In this document: positions 19,725-28,661 of the stretch, piece by piece
Numbering within the stretch: the first letter of the stretch is position 1
How the letters are laid out: each line of letters begins with the position of its first letter
NCBI GenBank assembly: GCA_963714425.1
Contig: CAVQOI010000006.1
Location: 6,230-70,229 of the forward strand
DNA length: 64,000 nucleotides
Source: an uncultured Chloroflexia bacterium
GTDB taxonomy: Bacteria > Chloroflexota > Anaerolineae > Anaerolineales > UBA4823
Direction: 5' to 3'
Notes under the pieces: model-generated
Databases searched by the model: none
The model's input: the letters and a program-made list of their open reading frames with translations, nothing else
Told to the model about the DNA's origin: nothing
Program-made: the position numbers and the translations under genes

Positions 19725-20795
19725 CTACCCCAACCCCCAATTCGGGAGCACGTCCATCTCCAATCCATCGCGCTGCCCGTGGACGAAGCGGTAATAGCCC
19801 GCCCCGGCGATCATGGCGGCGTTGTCCGTGCACAGGGAAATGGGCGGGATATGCACCGGGAAGCGCTTCTGCTCGGCGAAAGCCTGGCGCAGCGCCTGGT
19901 TGGCGCTTACGCCTCCCGCCACCAGGATATCCTTGGCTTTGAACTCCTCGGCGGCGCGCAGGGTCTTGCCCGCCAGCACCTCCACCACGGCAGCCTGGAA
20001 GCTGGCAGCCATATCCGGCACGGGCACGGGCCGGCTGTGCTCCTGGATGCGGCGCACCTCGCGCAGCACGGCGGTCTTCAACCCGCTGAAGGAGAAATTC
20101 CAGGTGTCCTCCAGCCAGGCGCGCGGCAGGTCGAAGGCGCGCGGGTTGCCCAGCACCGCGGATCTTTGGATCGATGGTCCGCCCGGGTAAGCCAGCCCCA
20201 GCAGCCGGGCAACCTTGTCGAAAGCCTCGCCGGCGGCGTCGTCCAGCGTGCCGCCCAGGCGGCGGTATTCCAGGTGACCGGTCATCAGCACCAGCTCGGT
20301 ATGCCCGCCCGAGACAACCAGCGTCAGGAGTGGAAAACGCGGCTCGGGCTGGGGTTGGGCGTTGGCATCGTGCAGCCATGCAGAATACACATGCGCCTCC
20401 AGGTGGTTGACCCCGATCAACGGCAGCCCGCTGCTCAAAGCCATGCCCTTGGCGGCATTCATGCCCACCACCAGCGATCCGGGCAAGCCGGGCCCGCGTG
20501 TCACAGCGATGACATCCACATCGCGCAGGTCGAGGTGCGCCTGCTGCAAAGCCCCTTCAACGATGGGGGAAATGGCGCGAATGTGCTGGCGCGAGGCCAC
20601 TTCCGGGAACACGCCGCCGTACTGGGCGTGTAGTTCCACCTGCGAAGCCACCAGGCTGGAAAGGATGGCGCGCCCGTTCTCCACTACTGCCGCGGCGGTC
20701 TCGTCGCATGATGTCTCGATGCCCAGCACGCGCGCCGGCGGCATGCCGTCAGGGGACGGGACAGCGGGGGAGGGTGTATTTTTTATGGACATCAT
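19725..20795 (-). CDS. tsaD: tRNA N6-threonylcarbamoyltransferase
   Basis: LGIETSCDET, HLEAH, LVVSGGHT, DDAAGEAFDK, FSFSGLKT, CTDNAAMIA. Confidence 0.97.
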   Translation of the reverse strand: MMSIKNTPSPAVPSPDGMPPARVLGIETSCDETAAAVVENGRAILSSLVASQVELHAQYGGVFPEVASRQHIRAISPIVEGALQQAHLDLRDVDVIAVTRGPGLPGSLVVGMNAAKGMALSSGLPLIGVNHLEAHVYSAWLHDANAQPQPEPRFPLLTLVVSGGHTELVLMTGHLEYRRLGGTLDDAAGEAFDKVARLLGLAYPGGPSIQRSAVLGNPRAFDLPRAWLEDTWNFSFSGLKTAVLREVRRIQEHSRPVPVPDMAASFQAAVVEVLAGKTLRAAEEFKAKDILVAGGVSANQALRQAFAEQKRFPVHIPPISLCTDNAAMIAGAGYYRFVHGQRDGLEMDVLPNWGLG

Positions 20796-20832
20796 TTTCC
20801 CTTTCAACCTTCAACCTTCAATATTCCAACCT

Positions 20833-22068
20833 TCAACCTTCCACCGGAAGTATCAGGTCATGCGAGAACTCGCCCAGCGGTTCGGGCAGCCCATCTGCGC
20901 GGATCAGGTAGGTATCCTCCAGCCGCACGCCCAGTTTGCGCTCCGGGTAGTACAACCCGGGCTCATGGGTCACCACCGAGCCAGGCTCGAGGACGTCCTG
21001 AGGGGTTGCGTTGCGTCCGTAGCGCGGGCGCTCGTGGATATTTAACCCTAAACCGTGCCCCAAAGAGTGCACGTAACCGCGCTGCGTCTGCGGGTCGTTA
21101 CGTATTGTGGGATGACCGCGAGCCTCAAAGAGATCGCAGGTGCGCTTCTGGAGCTCAGGGCCGGGGATGCCTGGCTTGAGCGCATCCAGCAGCTGGTGAT
21201 AAACGCTGTGCACGTCTTCATACAGCGCCAGTGCCTCGTCCGTGGCATAGCCCAGGCACCAGGTACGCGTCATGTCGTAGAAATAGCCTCCGCCAGCCTC
21301 GCAGGGGTAGATGTCAAACACAATCGTCTCGCCCAGGCGCAGCGGTGCGGCGTCATCGCCGGTGCTGTGCGGCACAGCCGAGTTGTAGCCAGCCGCAAAG
21401 ATTGTCCCCTCGGGGTTCTCAGCCCCGCGCTCTGCCAGCCACAGGTTGATGCGCCGCTTGACCTCGCCGATGGTGAGCGGCTCTCCGTCCGGGCGCCGCA
21501 ACATGCCATCTCGGGCGGAGTGAGAGCTGAGGAATTCGGCGGTCAGCCCCACAACCTCACAGGTGATCTTCCCCATGCGCCGGATGCGGGCGATTTCATC
21601 TGTATCTTTGGTCTGGCGGGCGTTCAGTAGCAGCGAGTTGTCCGTCTCGCCTACCAGCTCCAGCCCGGGTGCGATCTGTCCCAGCCTCGAGAAGATTGCC
21701 AGGGTCGCCCCGGCATCCACCTTCCCGTACAGCGCCACCCGTCCACTTTCCATGCCTATGTCGGCGAACATCTTTTGGTAGCGCAGGGCAGTGGCCAGCG
21801 CCAGGTCGCCGTCCGCCTGCTTGAGCAGCTCGGGGAGGCGATACTCGTCCAGGCTCTTGGTCCGCAAGCCGGACTTAGCCGCTTCGTCGCGTTCCATGCT
21901 GGCGTGGAAAAGCACCGGCTCCTTGCCGCGCAGCTTGATCAGGTCAGCGTTGCCCATATGGACGGTGCCGGTGAAGTACACCATCGCCGGGTTGTGCATG
22001 CCTCCGCCCGTGACCAGCAGGGCGTCGATGCTATGGTCTTGCATGAGGGTGTCAAGGTCTGATTTCAT
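20833..22068 (-). CDS. Xaa-Pro peptidase (M24 family)
   Basis: VPH, DIYP, DMTRT, HSLGHGLG, HEPGLY, GVRLED. Confidence 0.92.
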   Translation of the reverse strand: MKSDLDTLMQDHSIDALLVTGGGMHNPAMVYFTGTVHMGNADLIKLRGKEPVLFHASMERDEAAKSGLRTKSLDEYRLPELLKQADGDLALATALRYQKMFADIGMESGRVALYGKVDAGATLAIFSRLGQIAPGLELVGETDNSLLLNARQTKDTDEIARIRRMGKITCEVVGLTAEFLSSHSARDGMLRRPDGEPLTIGEVKRRINLWLAERGAENPEGTIFAAGYNSAVPHSTGDDAAPLRLGETIVFDIYPCEAGGGYFYDMTRTWCLGYATDEALALYEDVHSVYHQLLDALKPGIPGPELQKRTCDLFEARGHPTIRNDPQTQRGYVHSLGHGLGLNIHERPRYGRNATPQDVLEPGSVVTHEPGLYYPERKLGVRLEDTYLIRADGLPEPLGEFSHDLILPVEG

Positions 22069-22162
22069 AGCAGTGAGAGAGTGGAGATTTAAGAATAGAG
22101 AGTAGTGAGGTGTGAAGAGTGAGGAGTGAGGTATAGTTGGCGATTATTCGCTATATTTTATC

Positions 22163-22438
22163 CTAAGAACCGTAATGATAGCGCGCCTGCAGGAAGTCGA
22201 TGCGCTCGTCGCGCACCAGGTAGACAATGCGGTGCTCCTGAGACACCCGGCGTGACCAGACGCCGGGCGATAAGTATTTCAATGGTTCCGGCTTGCCGAT
22301 CCCTTTGAATGGGTCGCGTAGGATCGCCTCGATCAGGTTGAATATCCGCAGGGCGGTCTTGCGGTCAGTTTCCACCCAGTACCGCAAGTCTCCCAGGAAT
22401 TCCGGTTGGAAGACCGCCTCACGCTGACCGCGACTCAA
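22163..22438 (-). CDS. yoeB: Txe/YoeB toxin
   Basis: PFKGIGKPEPLK, WSRRVSQEHRIVY, RYHY. Confidence 0.93.
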   Translation of the reverse strand: MSRGQREAVFQPEFLGDLRYWVETDRKTALRIFNLIEAILRDPFKGIGKPEPLKYLSPGVWSRRVSQEHRIVYLVRDERIDFLQARYHYGS

Positions 22439-22709
22439 GGCCTACCTCGCGGCGAAGCACTTCCAGGGTTTGAGGTGAGCCCTCATCGCGCAAGGCGCGC
22501 CCTAATGCAGAGAGCAGCCGCTCGGCGTTCTTGGGAGAGCGCAGTAGGGAAGCTGTCTCTAGCAAGGCCTCCAGCTCATCAACAGACACCAGGGCGACGT
22601 CTTCTTGCCCACGGCGCTGGATAATGACCACCTGGCGGTTTTTGGTGACTTCGTCAAGCAACTTCGCCAGGCTGGCACGCGCCTGTGTGTAATTGGTTTG
22701 GATAGTCAT
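22419..22709 (-). CDS. yefM: Phd/YefM antitoxin
   Basis: NYTQARASLAKLLD, ETASLLRSPKNAERL; overlaps the toxin. Confidence 0.93.
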   Translation of the reverse strand: MTIQTNYTQARASLAKLLDEVTKNRQVVIIQRRGQEDVALVSVDELEALLETASLLRSPKNAERLLSALGRALRDEGSPQTLEVLRREVGLESRSA

Positions 22710-22726
22710 GAGCGCCTCCTGGAAAC

Positions 22727-22766
22727 TGTACAGAGATACTGTACAACAAGAAGGCTAGTTTGTCAA
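22727..22766 (-). promoter_or_regulatory. yefM-yoeB promoter/operator
   Basis: TTGACA (22766-22761)-17 nt-TACAGT; two TGTACA palindromes at 22727 and 22740, the core known from the E. coli yefM operator. Confidence 0.8.
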
Positions 22767-22874
22767 TAGAAATCTCATAATATAGGACTTACGCAGATGT
22801 ATGTAGGTCGATCGCCCGCAGTTCATGCGGATCATGTGGTCATAAATATAAAGCTCTTGACCGCCAATGCGAGC

Positions 22875-24209
22875 TTAGCAATCCAGCAAATAGGTTTCCT
22901 GCTCTTCCAGCACCGTCCTGGGATCGAGCACCACGCGCTCATCCTGTGCGCGTGCGATCAACGGAGGCACTCCCTGGCGCAGCAGCTTCAACAAACGATC
23001 GGGGCTGGGCACATCCAGCGCCAGCAGCCAGGTGGGCAGCGTCTCGCCGGGCAGGCTGCCCCCGCCCACAGTTGATTCGCCAGGGATGACCTCACCTCTT
23101 CCGAGGGTAGCCGCCCAGCGCTCGGCTGTAGCCTTGATCGCCTCGGGCTGAGCGGCGATCATGCGCCAGATGGGGATCTCACGCTCAGCCTCATCCTTCA
23201 GGTAGTGCAGCAAGGTGGCATTCAGCGCCGCCAGGCACAGCTTGTCTGCGCGCACAGCCCGCGCCAGGGGATGTTTCTTCAACTTTGCCACCAGGTCGCG
23301 GCGCCCCACAGCGATGCCTGCCTGCGGGCCGCCCAGCAGCTTGTCGCCGGAAAAGCACACCAGGTCGGCGCCCGCCCTCAGCAATTCCTGCACGGTCGGC
23401 TCGTGCGCCAGCCCAAAGCGGGCCGTGTCCACCAGCGAGCCAGAGCCCAGATCATCCACGACTGGGATGCCAGCCTCGTGTGCAACGGCTGCGATCTCCT
23501 CCAGGGATGGCTCGCTTGTGAAGCCCACGATACGGAAATTGGAGCGATGGGCGCGCAGGAACAGGGCAGGTTTCTCTTCCAGGGCGGCTTCGTAGTCGCT
23601 GAGGTGCACGCGGTTGGTGGTGCCTACCTCCAAGAGCCGCGCTCCGGATTGCTTCATCACATCCGGGACGCGGAAGCCCCCGCCGATCTCCACCAGCTGG
23701 GTGCGCGCGATGACCACTGCCCGGCGGCGCGCCAGAGCAGTCAGCGCCAACAGCACAGCTGCGGCGTTGTTGTTCACCACCAGGGCAGATTCCGCGCCAG
23801 TCAGGCGGGCGAGCAAGGCTTCGGCATGGAACAAGCGCGAGCCGCGCCGCCCTTGCTCCAGGTCATATTCCAGGTTGGAGTAGCTCAGCGAGATCTCTCG
23901 CACCGCATACAAGGAGGCGGCGCTGAGCGGGGCGCGGCCTAAGTTTGTCTGCAGGATGACTCCCGTGGCGTTGATCACAGGCAGCAGGGTGGGCGTCGCC
24001 CAGGTCTGCAGTAAGTCCCTGGCGCGGGCGAGAAGCGCAGGCTGGTCTGGCACAGTTTGTTTTTTGGGGTAATGGAGGCGCGCTTCATCCAGTGCGAGGC
24101 GCAGGGCTTCAACGGTCAGCGGTCGCCCAAAATTGGCGACCCATTCAATCACATCAGGGGATTGCAGGAGCTGGTCAACGGAAGGAAGTGAGCGCAGGTT
24201 AATCGCCAC
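22875..24209 (-). CDS. selA: L-seryl-tRNA(Sec) selenium transferase
   Basis: LRSLPSVD, VINATGV.L.TNLGRA, SNLEYDL, VNNNAAA, LVEIGGGFR, FSGDKLLGGPQAG, VGGGSLP. Confidence 0.97.
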   Translation of the reverse strand: MAINLRSLPSVDQLLQSPDVIEWVANFGRPLTVEALRLALDEARLHYPKKQTVPDQPALLARARDLLQTWATPTLLPVINATGVILQTNLGRAPLSAASLYAVREISLSYSNLEYDLEQGRRGSRLFHAEALLARLTGAESALVVNNNAAAVLLALTALARRRAVVIARTQLVEIGGGFRVPDVMKQSGARLLEVGTTNRVHLSDYEAALEEKPALFLRAHRSNFRIVGFTSEPSLEEIAAVAHEAGIPVVDDLGSGSLVDTARFGLAHEPTVQELLRAGADLVCFSGDKLLGGPQAGIAVGRRDLVAKLKKHPLARAVRADKLCLAALNATLLHYLKDEAEREIPIWRMIAAQPEAIKATAERWAATLGRGEVIPGESTVGGGSLPGETLPTWLLALDVPSPDRLLKLLRQGVPPLIARAQDERVVLDPRTVLEEQETYLLDC

Positions 24210-24615
24210 TCTCCTCCCCGGTCTCTTGTGGCTTCCACTGGCTCTTCTCGCGCATGCGCATCAGCCATTCAATGATGATCAAGCCCACCGCCAGCAATAG
24301 TGCCATTGGGCCGGTGAGCACGCGCCCGATCTGCAGCCAGGCCAGCGTACTGCAGTACACGCCTACCCACAGGGCTTGCCTCAGGATAATGCCGGCATCC
24401 GCGGACGGGACGCTGGGAAATCGCCTGTTGAGAAAAGCGATGGCGGGCAGGGTAGTGCCGGTCAGGGCTAGTACCCCCAGGAAGAAGAACAGCCAGCGCG
24501 GGCCAACTGTTGGTAGGGTCATGAACACCACACCAGCCAGTCCGCCCCAGCCAACCAGCGCCAGTGCGATGGCGGCGGGCAAGACAGATTTTACAGAGGG
24601 AGAAGAATCGTCCAA
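24199..24615 (-). CDS. 4-TM membrane protein overlapping the selA start
   Basis: Four hydrophobic helices; TTG start uncertain; 11-nt overlap with selA. Confidence 0.75.
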   Translation of the reverse strand: MDDSSPSVKSVLPAAIALALVGWGGLAGVVFMTLPTVGPRWLFFFLGVLALTGTTLPAIAFLNRRFPSVPSADAGIILRQALWVGVYCSTLAWLQIGRVLTGPMALLLAVGLIIIEWLMRMREKSQWKPQETGEESGD

Positions 24616-24720
24616 TTCAGATTACTCTTGAAACATGTCGGTTGGTTTTGAGCTATTCTATCATGCAAACTCTCGCACACTCAAAGTGTGCAATAAACAT
24701 GCCCGCACCCAGGAAGTTAA

Positions 24721-26439
24721 TCAGCTTGACGGTAGACTCACCGTGAGACGCGTGCCTTCACCTGGGGTTGAGGCGATTCGCAGGGTGGCGCTGATCAACT
24801 CTGCGCGCTCGTAGAGACCCAGCAGTCCGAAGTGTCCGCCCGGTGCGAACTCTGCCGGGCTTTTGGGCACTTCAAATCCCCTGCCGTTGTCGCTTACCTC
24901 TAGCACCACCTCGTCTGGTGAGAACCGAAATTCAAGCGATGCAGCGCTGGCTTGAGCGTGACGGGCAATATTGCTCAAAGCCTCCTGGGCGATGCGGTAA
25001 AAGGCCAGCTCGATATCAGGCTGTAAGCGCCGCTCCACCCCTATTTTTTGGAATTGGATTTGCAAATCCATCGTTTGTCCGATCTCACGCGTGAGCATCT
25101 CCAGTGCAGTCACCAGCCCGAGGTCTTCCAGGTAGATAGGTCGCAAGGCGCGCGTCAGGCGGCGCAGGTTTTCAATGGTTTGCTCGGTCAGGGCGCTGAG
25201 CTCTGCCAGCGACTCTGGACTGGCCTGATTGCCAATCTGCATCTCGGCGAGCTGGACGCGCTGTTTGAGGGCGATTAGCGACTGCAGGGTGTCATCGTGT
25301 AACTCGCGTGCCAGGCGCCGGCGCTCCTCTTCCTGCGCAGCAGTCATTGCACCAATGTAACCACGCAACCCTTGTTGAGCAGCGCGTACTTTGTGCGCCA
25401 GGTGCACCAGCGCGGTTTGCAGGCGGCGGATCTCCTCGATCCCGCCCACGGGCTTTTGGATGGCGTCAAAATCCCCCCAGGCAAGCTGGGAGGACTTCAC
25501 CTCGAGAGCCTGAAGTGGCTGCACTACCTGGCGCACGGCAAATGCCAGCGCGATTAACGTTAGTAGCAGCACAGGCACCAGCACGAGCGGAGCGATCTGC
25601 GTGGTGCGCAGTGTGGGGGTGGACACCATCTCCCAGGGTTCCTCCACCACCAGAGCCCATCCCAGTGTATCGACTGTGCTGTAAGCCACCACGTGCTCGC
25701 CTTCAGATGTCTGGACATAGACAGTACCGCTCTCACCCTTGAGTGCCTCCGCAATCCCCGAATGTTCGCCAATTGTGGCACTATCCCGAAACTCACCGCT
25801 AATGTATATCGGGTTCCCTGCAGCGTCCACCACGGCTACGCTGGTATGCTCATCCGGGAAGACCGCTGATAGGGCGTTGCTCACTAGAGCATCTGCGGAA
25901 AACGCGCCGGCAGCTACCCAACCGTTTGGGTTGGCAGCCAACACCAGCACAGACGGCTTGCCCAGGGTGTTTGTATGCAGAGTCGCGGTAGTGTGAGGAA
26001 TGTTCTCAGGTGCCGATTGCAGGGATTGGATCATCTCCCGGACAAATTCCTCTCGTTCTTCCCAAAAGGAGCGATCTGCGCGGGTAACTTCCAGGCCGCC
26101 ATCCGGAGCAAAGAAGGCGAGTCCTTGATCAAATTCTGTCAGCAACAATTCCGAAGCCGAGAGGATTTCTTGTGGATCGATACTCCCCACCTGCTGTGCC
26201 AGTCCGCGCACAACCGTGATGCGATGCTGAACCTGTCCATCCAGAGCATCTGCTACTGCGCGCGCCAGGCGTGCATCTCGCTCGCCCACCATGCTGCGCA
26301 TAGCTTTCTGGTGCAGGCTTAAACTACCAAAAGTAATCGCTAACAGCAACGCTGTTAGCGGAAGGATGGTCATCAGGAACAGCTGCAGGGTTAAGCCTCG
26401 CCATCGAGATTGGGCGCCGGACAATGCTTTAAGCCTCAC
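24721..26439 (-). CDS. Sensor histidine kinase (Cache-like, HAMP, HisKA_3, HATPase)
   Basis: EEERRRLARELHDD, QEALSNI.RHA, DNGRGF, FGLLG; 2 TM; start uncertain (GTG 26439 or ATG 26490). Confidence 0.92.
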   Translation of the reverse strand: MRLKALSGAQSRWRGLTLQLFLMTILPLTALLLAITFGSLSLHQKAMRSMVGERDARLARAVADALDGQVQHRITVVRGLAQQVGSIDPQEILSASELLLTEFDQGLAFFAPDGGLEVTRADRSFWEEREEFVREMIQSLQSAPENIPHTTATLHTNTLGKPSVLVLAANPNGWVAAGAFSADALVSNALSAVFPDEHTSVAVVDAAGNPIYISGEFRDSATIGEHSGIAEALKGESGTVYVQTSEGEHVVAYSTVDTLGWALVVEEPWEMVSTPTLRTTQIAPLVLVPVLLLTLIALAFAVRQVVQPLQALEVKSSQLAWGDFDAIQKPVGGIEEIRRLQTALVHLAHKVRAAQQGLRGYIGAMTAAQEEERRRLARELHDDTLQSLIALKQRVQLAEMQIGNQASPESLAELSALTEQTIENLRRLTRALRPIYLEDLGLVTALEMLTREIGQTMDLQIQFQKIGVERRLQPDIELAFYRIAQEALSNIARHAQASAASLEFRFSPDEVVLEVSDNGRGFEVPKSPAEFAPGGHFGLLGLYERAELISATLRIASTPGEGTRLTVSLPSS

Positions 26440-26446
26440 GATGAAA

Positions 26447-27124
26447 TCAATTCTCGTCGATGGTTCCCACGGTTTGGGATATCCAGCCAAGCGATACGGC
26501 GCGCATCACCGCCTCAGTCCGGCTGGCAGCCTGTAGTTTATTGAAGATGTGCGCCAGGTGACCCTGCACGGTTCTGTCGCTGATACCTAATTGCACACCA
26601 ATGGCTTTATTGGTATAGCCTCTGGCAGTCAATTTGAGTACCTCCAGCTCGCGCTCGGTGAGCGCTTCCACCGCTTGCTTATCGGGCTTGCCGGCGATTT
26701 GGGCAATCAATTTGCGGGCGATGGATGCATCCAGGGCGGATTTTCCCGCATGCACGTCCCGCACGGCCCGGATGATCTCACCTGGCGCGGCGGTCTTGAG
26801 CACATAGCCGTTTGCCCCCGCTTGCAAGACAGCCATCACGTAAGGATCATCATCGTAAGCAGTGAGCACCAGCACGCCCACGCTGCGCATGTTGACACGC
26901 ACCCAACGCGTGACCTCGATCCCGCTGGCCTTTGGCATCTGGATATCCAGCACAGCCACATCGGGAGCGTGTTGTTGGATCAGTGCTTTGGCGCTCTCAC
27001 CGTCATCTGCCTCAGCAACCACCTGGATATCGCCGGCGTGCTCAAGAAATTGACGGATACCGGCGCGCACCACAGCGTGGTCATCGGCAAGCAGGACGCG
27101 AATGGGAGGGGTGGGTGCTTCCAT
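26447..27124 (-). CDS. NarL/LuxR family response regulator
   Basis: LADDH, LDIQMP, LTERELEVL...NKAIG..L.IS.RTV. Confidence 0.95.
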   Translation of the reverse strand: MEAPTPPIRVLLADDHAVVRAGIRQFLEHAGDIQVVAEADDGESAKALIQQHAPDVAVLDIQMPKASGIEVTRWVRVNMRSVGVLVLTAYDDDPYVMAVLQAGANGYVLKTAAPGEIIRAVRDVHAGKSALDASIARKLIAQIAGKPDKQAVEALTERELEVLKLTARGYTNKAIGVQLGISDRTVQGHLAHIFNKLQAASRTEAVMRAVSLGWISQTVGTIDEN

Positions 27125-27786
27125 TAGGCTTCCTCAGTGAATAGAGCCCTTTCGAGACGTGGAAAAGCAAACCAGACGAACCCCAGCCCAAACAGCACGC
27201 CAGTCAGCAACCGCATCAGCGAGTTAAAGGACCCCCAGGCGTCTCCTGCGTAGAAGCTAGATGGCAGGGTGTGAGCAGTGATGGCCGCCAGCCATGAGTT
27301 GACTGAGCGAAAGCCTTGCTCATTGCCGGCGAGGTCACTGATGAAGTGGCTGGTGCCATCCAGCGCCATGGGAAAGAGCAGCAGAGCCAAACCCCACCCC
27401 GAGAGCGCCCTTATACGGAGTCGCAAAGGATACCAGATCACGCTAATGAGCCAAACGCTCATAAACATTGATACCATTCGATCAGACCAGGCGACCTTCC
27501 AGCCCATCTCCGGGTTGCCAATGAACTGCCTCAAAACCATGGGGTTCGTTGTGAGCTGCCAGGAGTCCTGAATTTCTGCCAGCGAATAGGTCGCTGCTTG
27601 TCCAAAGAAGAAATACGATCGCTGCGGAAGTTGGTGACAGAAAAAAGAGTAGATGAAGTATATCGCATTTGCCGTCCTCTCCAGCGTCAATTCCATAAGT
27701 ACAGGAGCCAGGAACGGGGTAAGCGCAAATATCCCCAGAAGCACGCTAAATGAGACAAACCAGCGACGAAGCAGAAATGCCATCAC
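27124..27786 (-). CDS. DUF2085-like membrane protein
   Basis: CHQLPQRS motif, PMALDG.SH, RLLTGVLFG. Confidence 0.75.
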   Translation of the reverse strand: MMAFLLRRWFVSFSVLLGIFALTPFLAPVLMELTLERTANAIYFIYSFFCHQLPQRSYFFFGQAATYSLAEIQDSWQLTTNPMVLRQFIGNPEMGWKVAWSDRMVSMFMSVWLISVIWYPLRLRIRALSGWGLALLLFPMALDGTSHFISDLAGNEQGFRSVNSWLAAITAHTLPSSFYAGDAWGSFNSLMRLLTGVLFGLGFVWFAFPRLERALFTEEA

Positions 27787-28139
27787 GAGCTTGATGTCTG
27801 GTTAAGGAGCGTGCGCCGCACGACGCTTTCAAGGTTTTCGTCTGTAGCCTCCCCTGGGGTTTCCACGAGGGTGATGCGCGCATGTTGCCCTCTGCCGTGC
27901 ACGACAAGGCTTGCCGGTTGGGAATTTGGGCCATAGACCAGGAGGACGACGATTTGACAATCGCACTGATTGCTGCCATGCTGCGGGCAAACGCAGTCCG
28001 CATGGGCGAACCGCGCCACCTGGAGGTCAAACGTACGCATGACCTGCAGACCTGCACCAGCCAGCCGCTGGCTTATCCAACGGAGGGTGGCATCAAGAGG
28101 TTGGTCCATTTCCACGATCGGGCTGGCAATCATCATCAC
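27783..28139 (-). CDS. Small Cys/His-rich putative metal-binding protein (DUF302-like fold possible)
   Basis: H-x2-CVCPQH-x4-CDC; stop overlaps the next gene. Confidence 0.7.
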   Translation of the reverse strand: MMMIASPIVEMDQPLDATLRWISQRLAGAGLQVMRTFDLQVARFAHADCVCPQHGSNQCDCQIVVLLVYGPNSQPASLVVHGRGQHARITLVETPGEATDENLESVVRRTLLNQTSSS

Positions 28140-28166
28140 TCACCTTTCTGCCTGCTCAACCACATG

Positions 28167-28661
28167 TCAGGGCACCCAGTTGGAAAGAACAGTCAGTTCA
28201 TGCTCGGGCTGGGTTGGGTCGTTGCTCGCCAGGTGGACGCGAAAGTCGTGCGGTCCTCCCATATCTCCGTGCATCATAAACTTCATCGAAAGGGTCGTCG
28301 TATTTCCCGGTTGAAGGACCATCGAACCGATGGCGGGAGTTGGCGGTCAACACCCCGCCACGACTTCAATGTACGGTGTGTCCTGGAAGCGAAGTGGCTG
28401 GTCGCCAACGTTCGTTAGGTCGAAGGAGACCGTTACCCATTCTCCCAGGCGCACGTCGCCAAGATCAACATGCTCCTTGTCGACCTTCAATTTGGGCGAG
28501 CCATTCACCTCGATGACGGTATTGCTGCCCGATCTGCTTCTGAAGAAAGACCCGGCAGCCAGGATGAGCAAGCCCAAGCCGCCAACGGCAAAGACGATAG
28601 GCCAAAACGATGTACGCTTGCGAGCCTGCTTGAAAGAGCCTTTGGATTTGGTTTGGCTCAT
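28167..28661 (-). CDS. Candidate selenoprotein: membrane-anchored Ig-like (DUF1573-like) protein, 164 aa, Sec at residue 105
   Basis: In-frame TGA (28349-28347) after VVAGC; frame continues 59 codons (PPTPAIGSMVLQPGNTTTLSMKFMMHGDMGGPHDFRVHLASNDPTQPEHELTVLSNWVP), completing the domain; SECIS-like hairpin; selA nearby. Confidence 0.8.
28318..28334 (-). promoter_or_regulatory. Bacterial SECIS-like stem-loop
   Basis: mRNA UGA-N12-GCCAUCG-GUU-CGAUGGU; apical loop about 19-20 nt after UGA and beginning with G. Confidence 0.65.
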
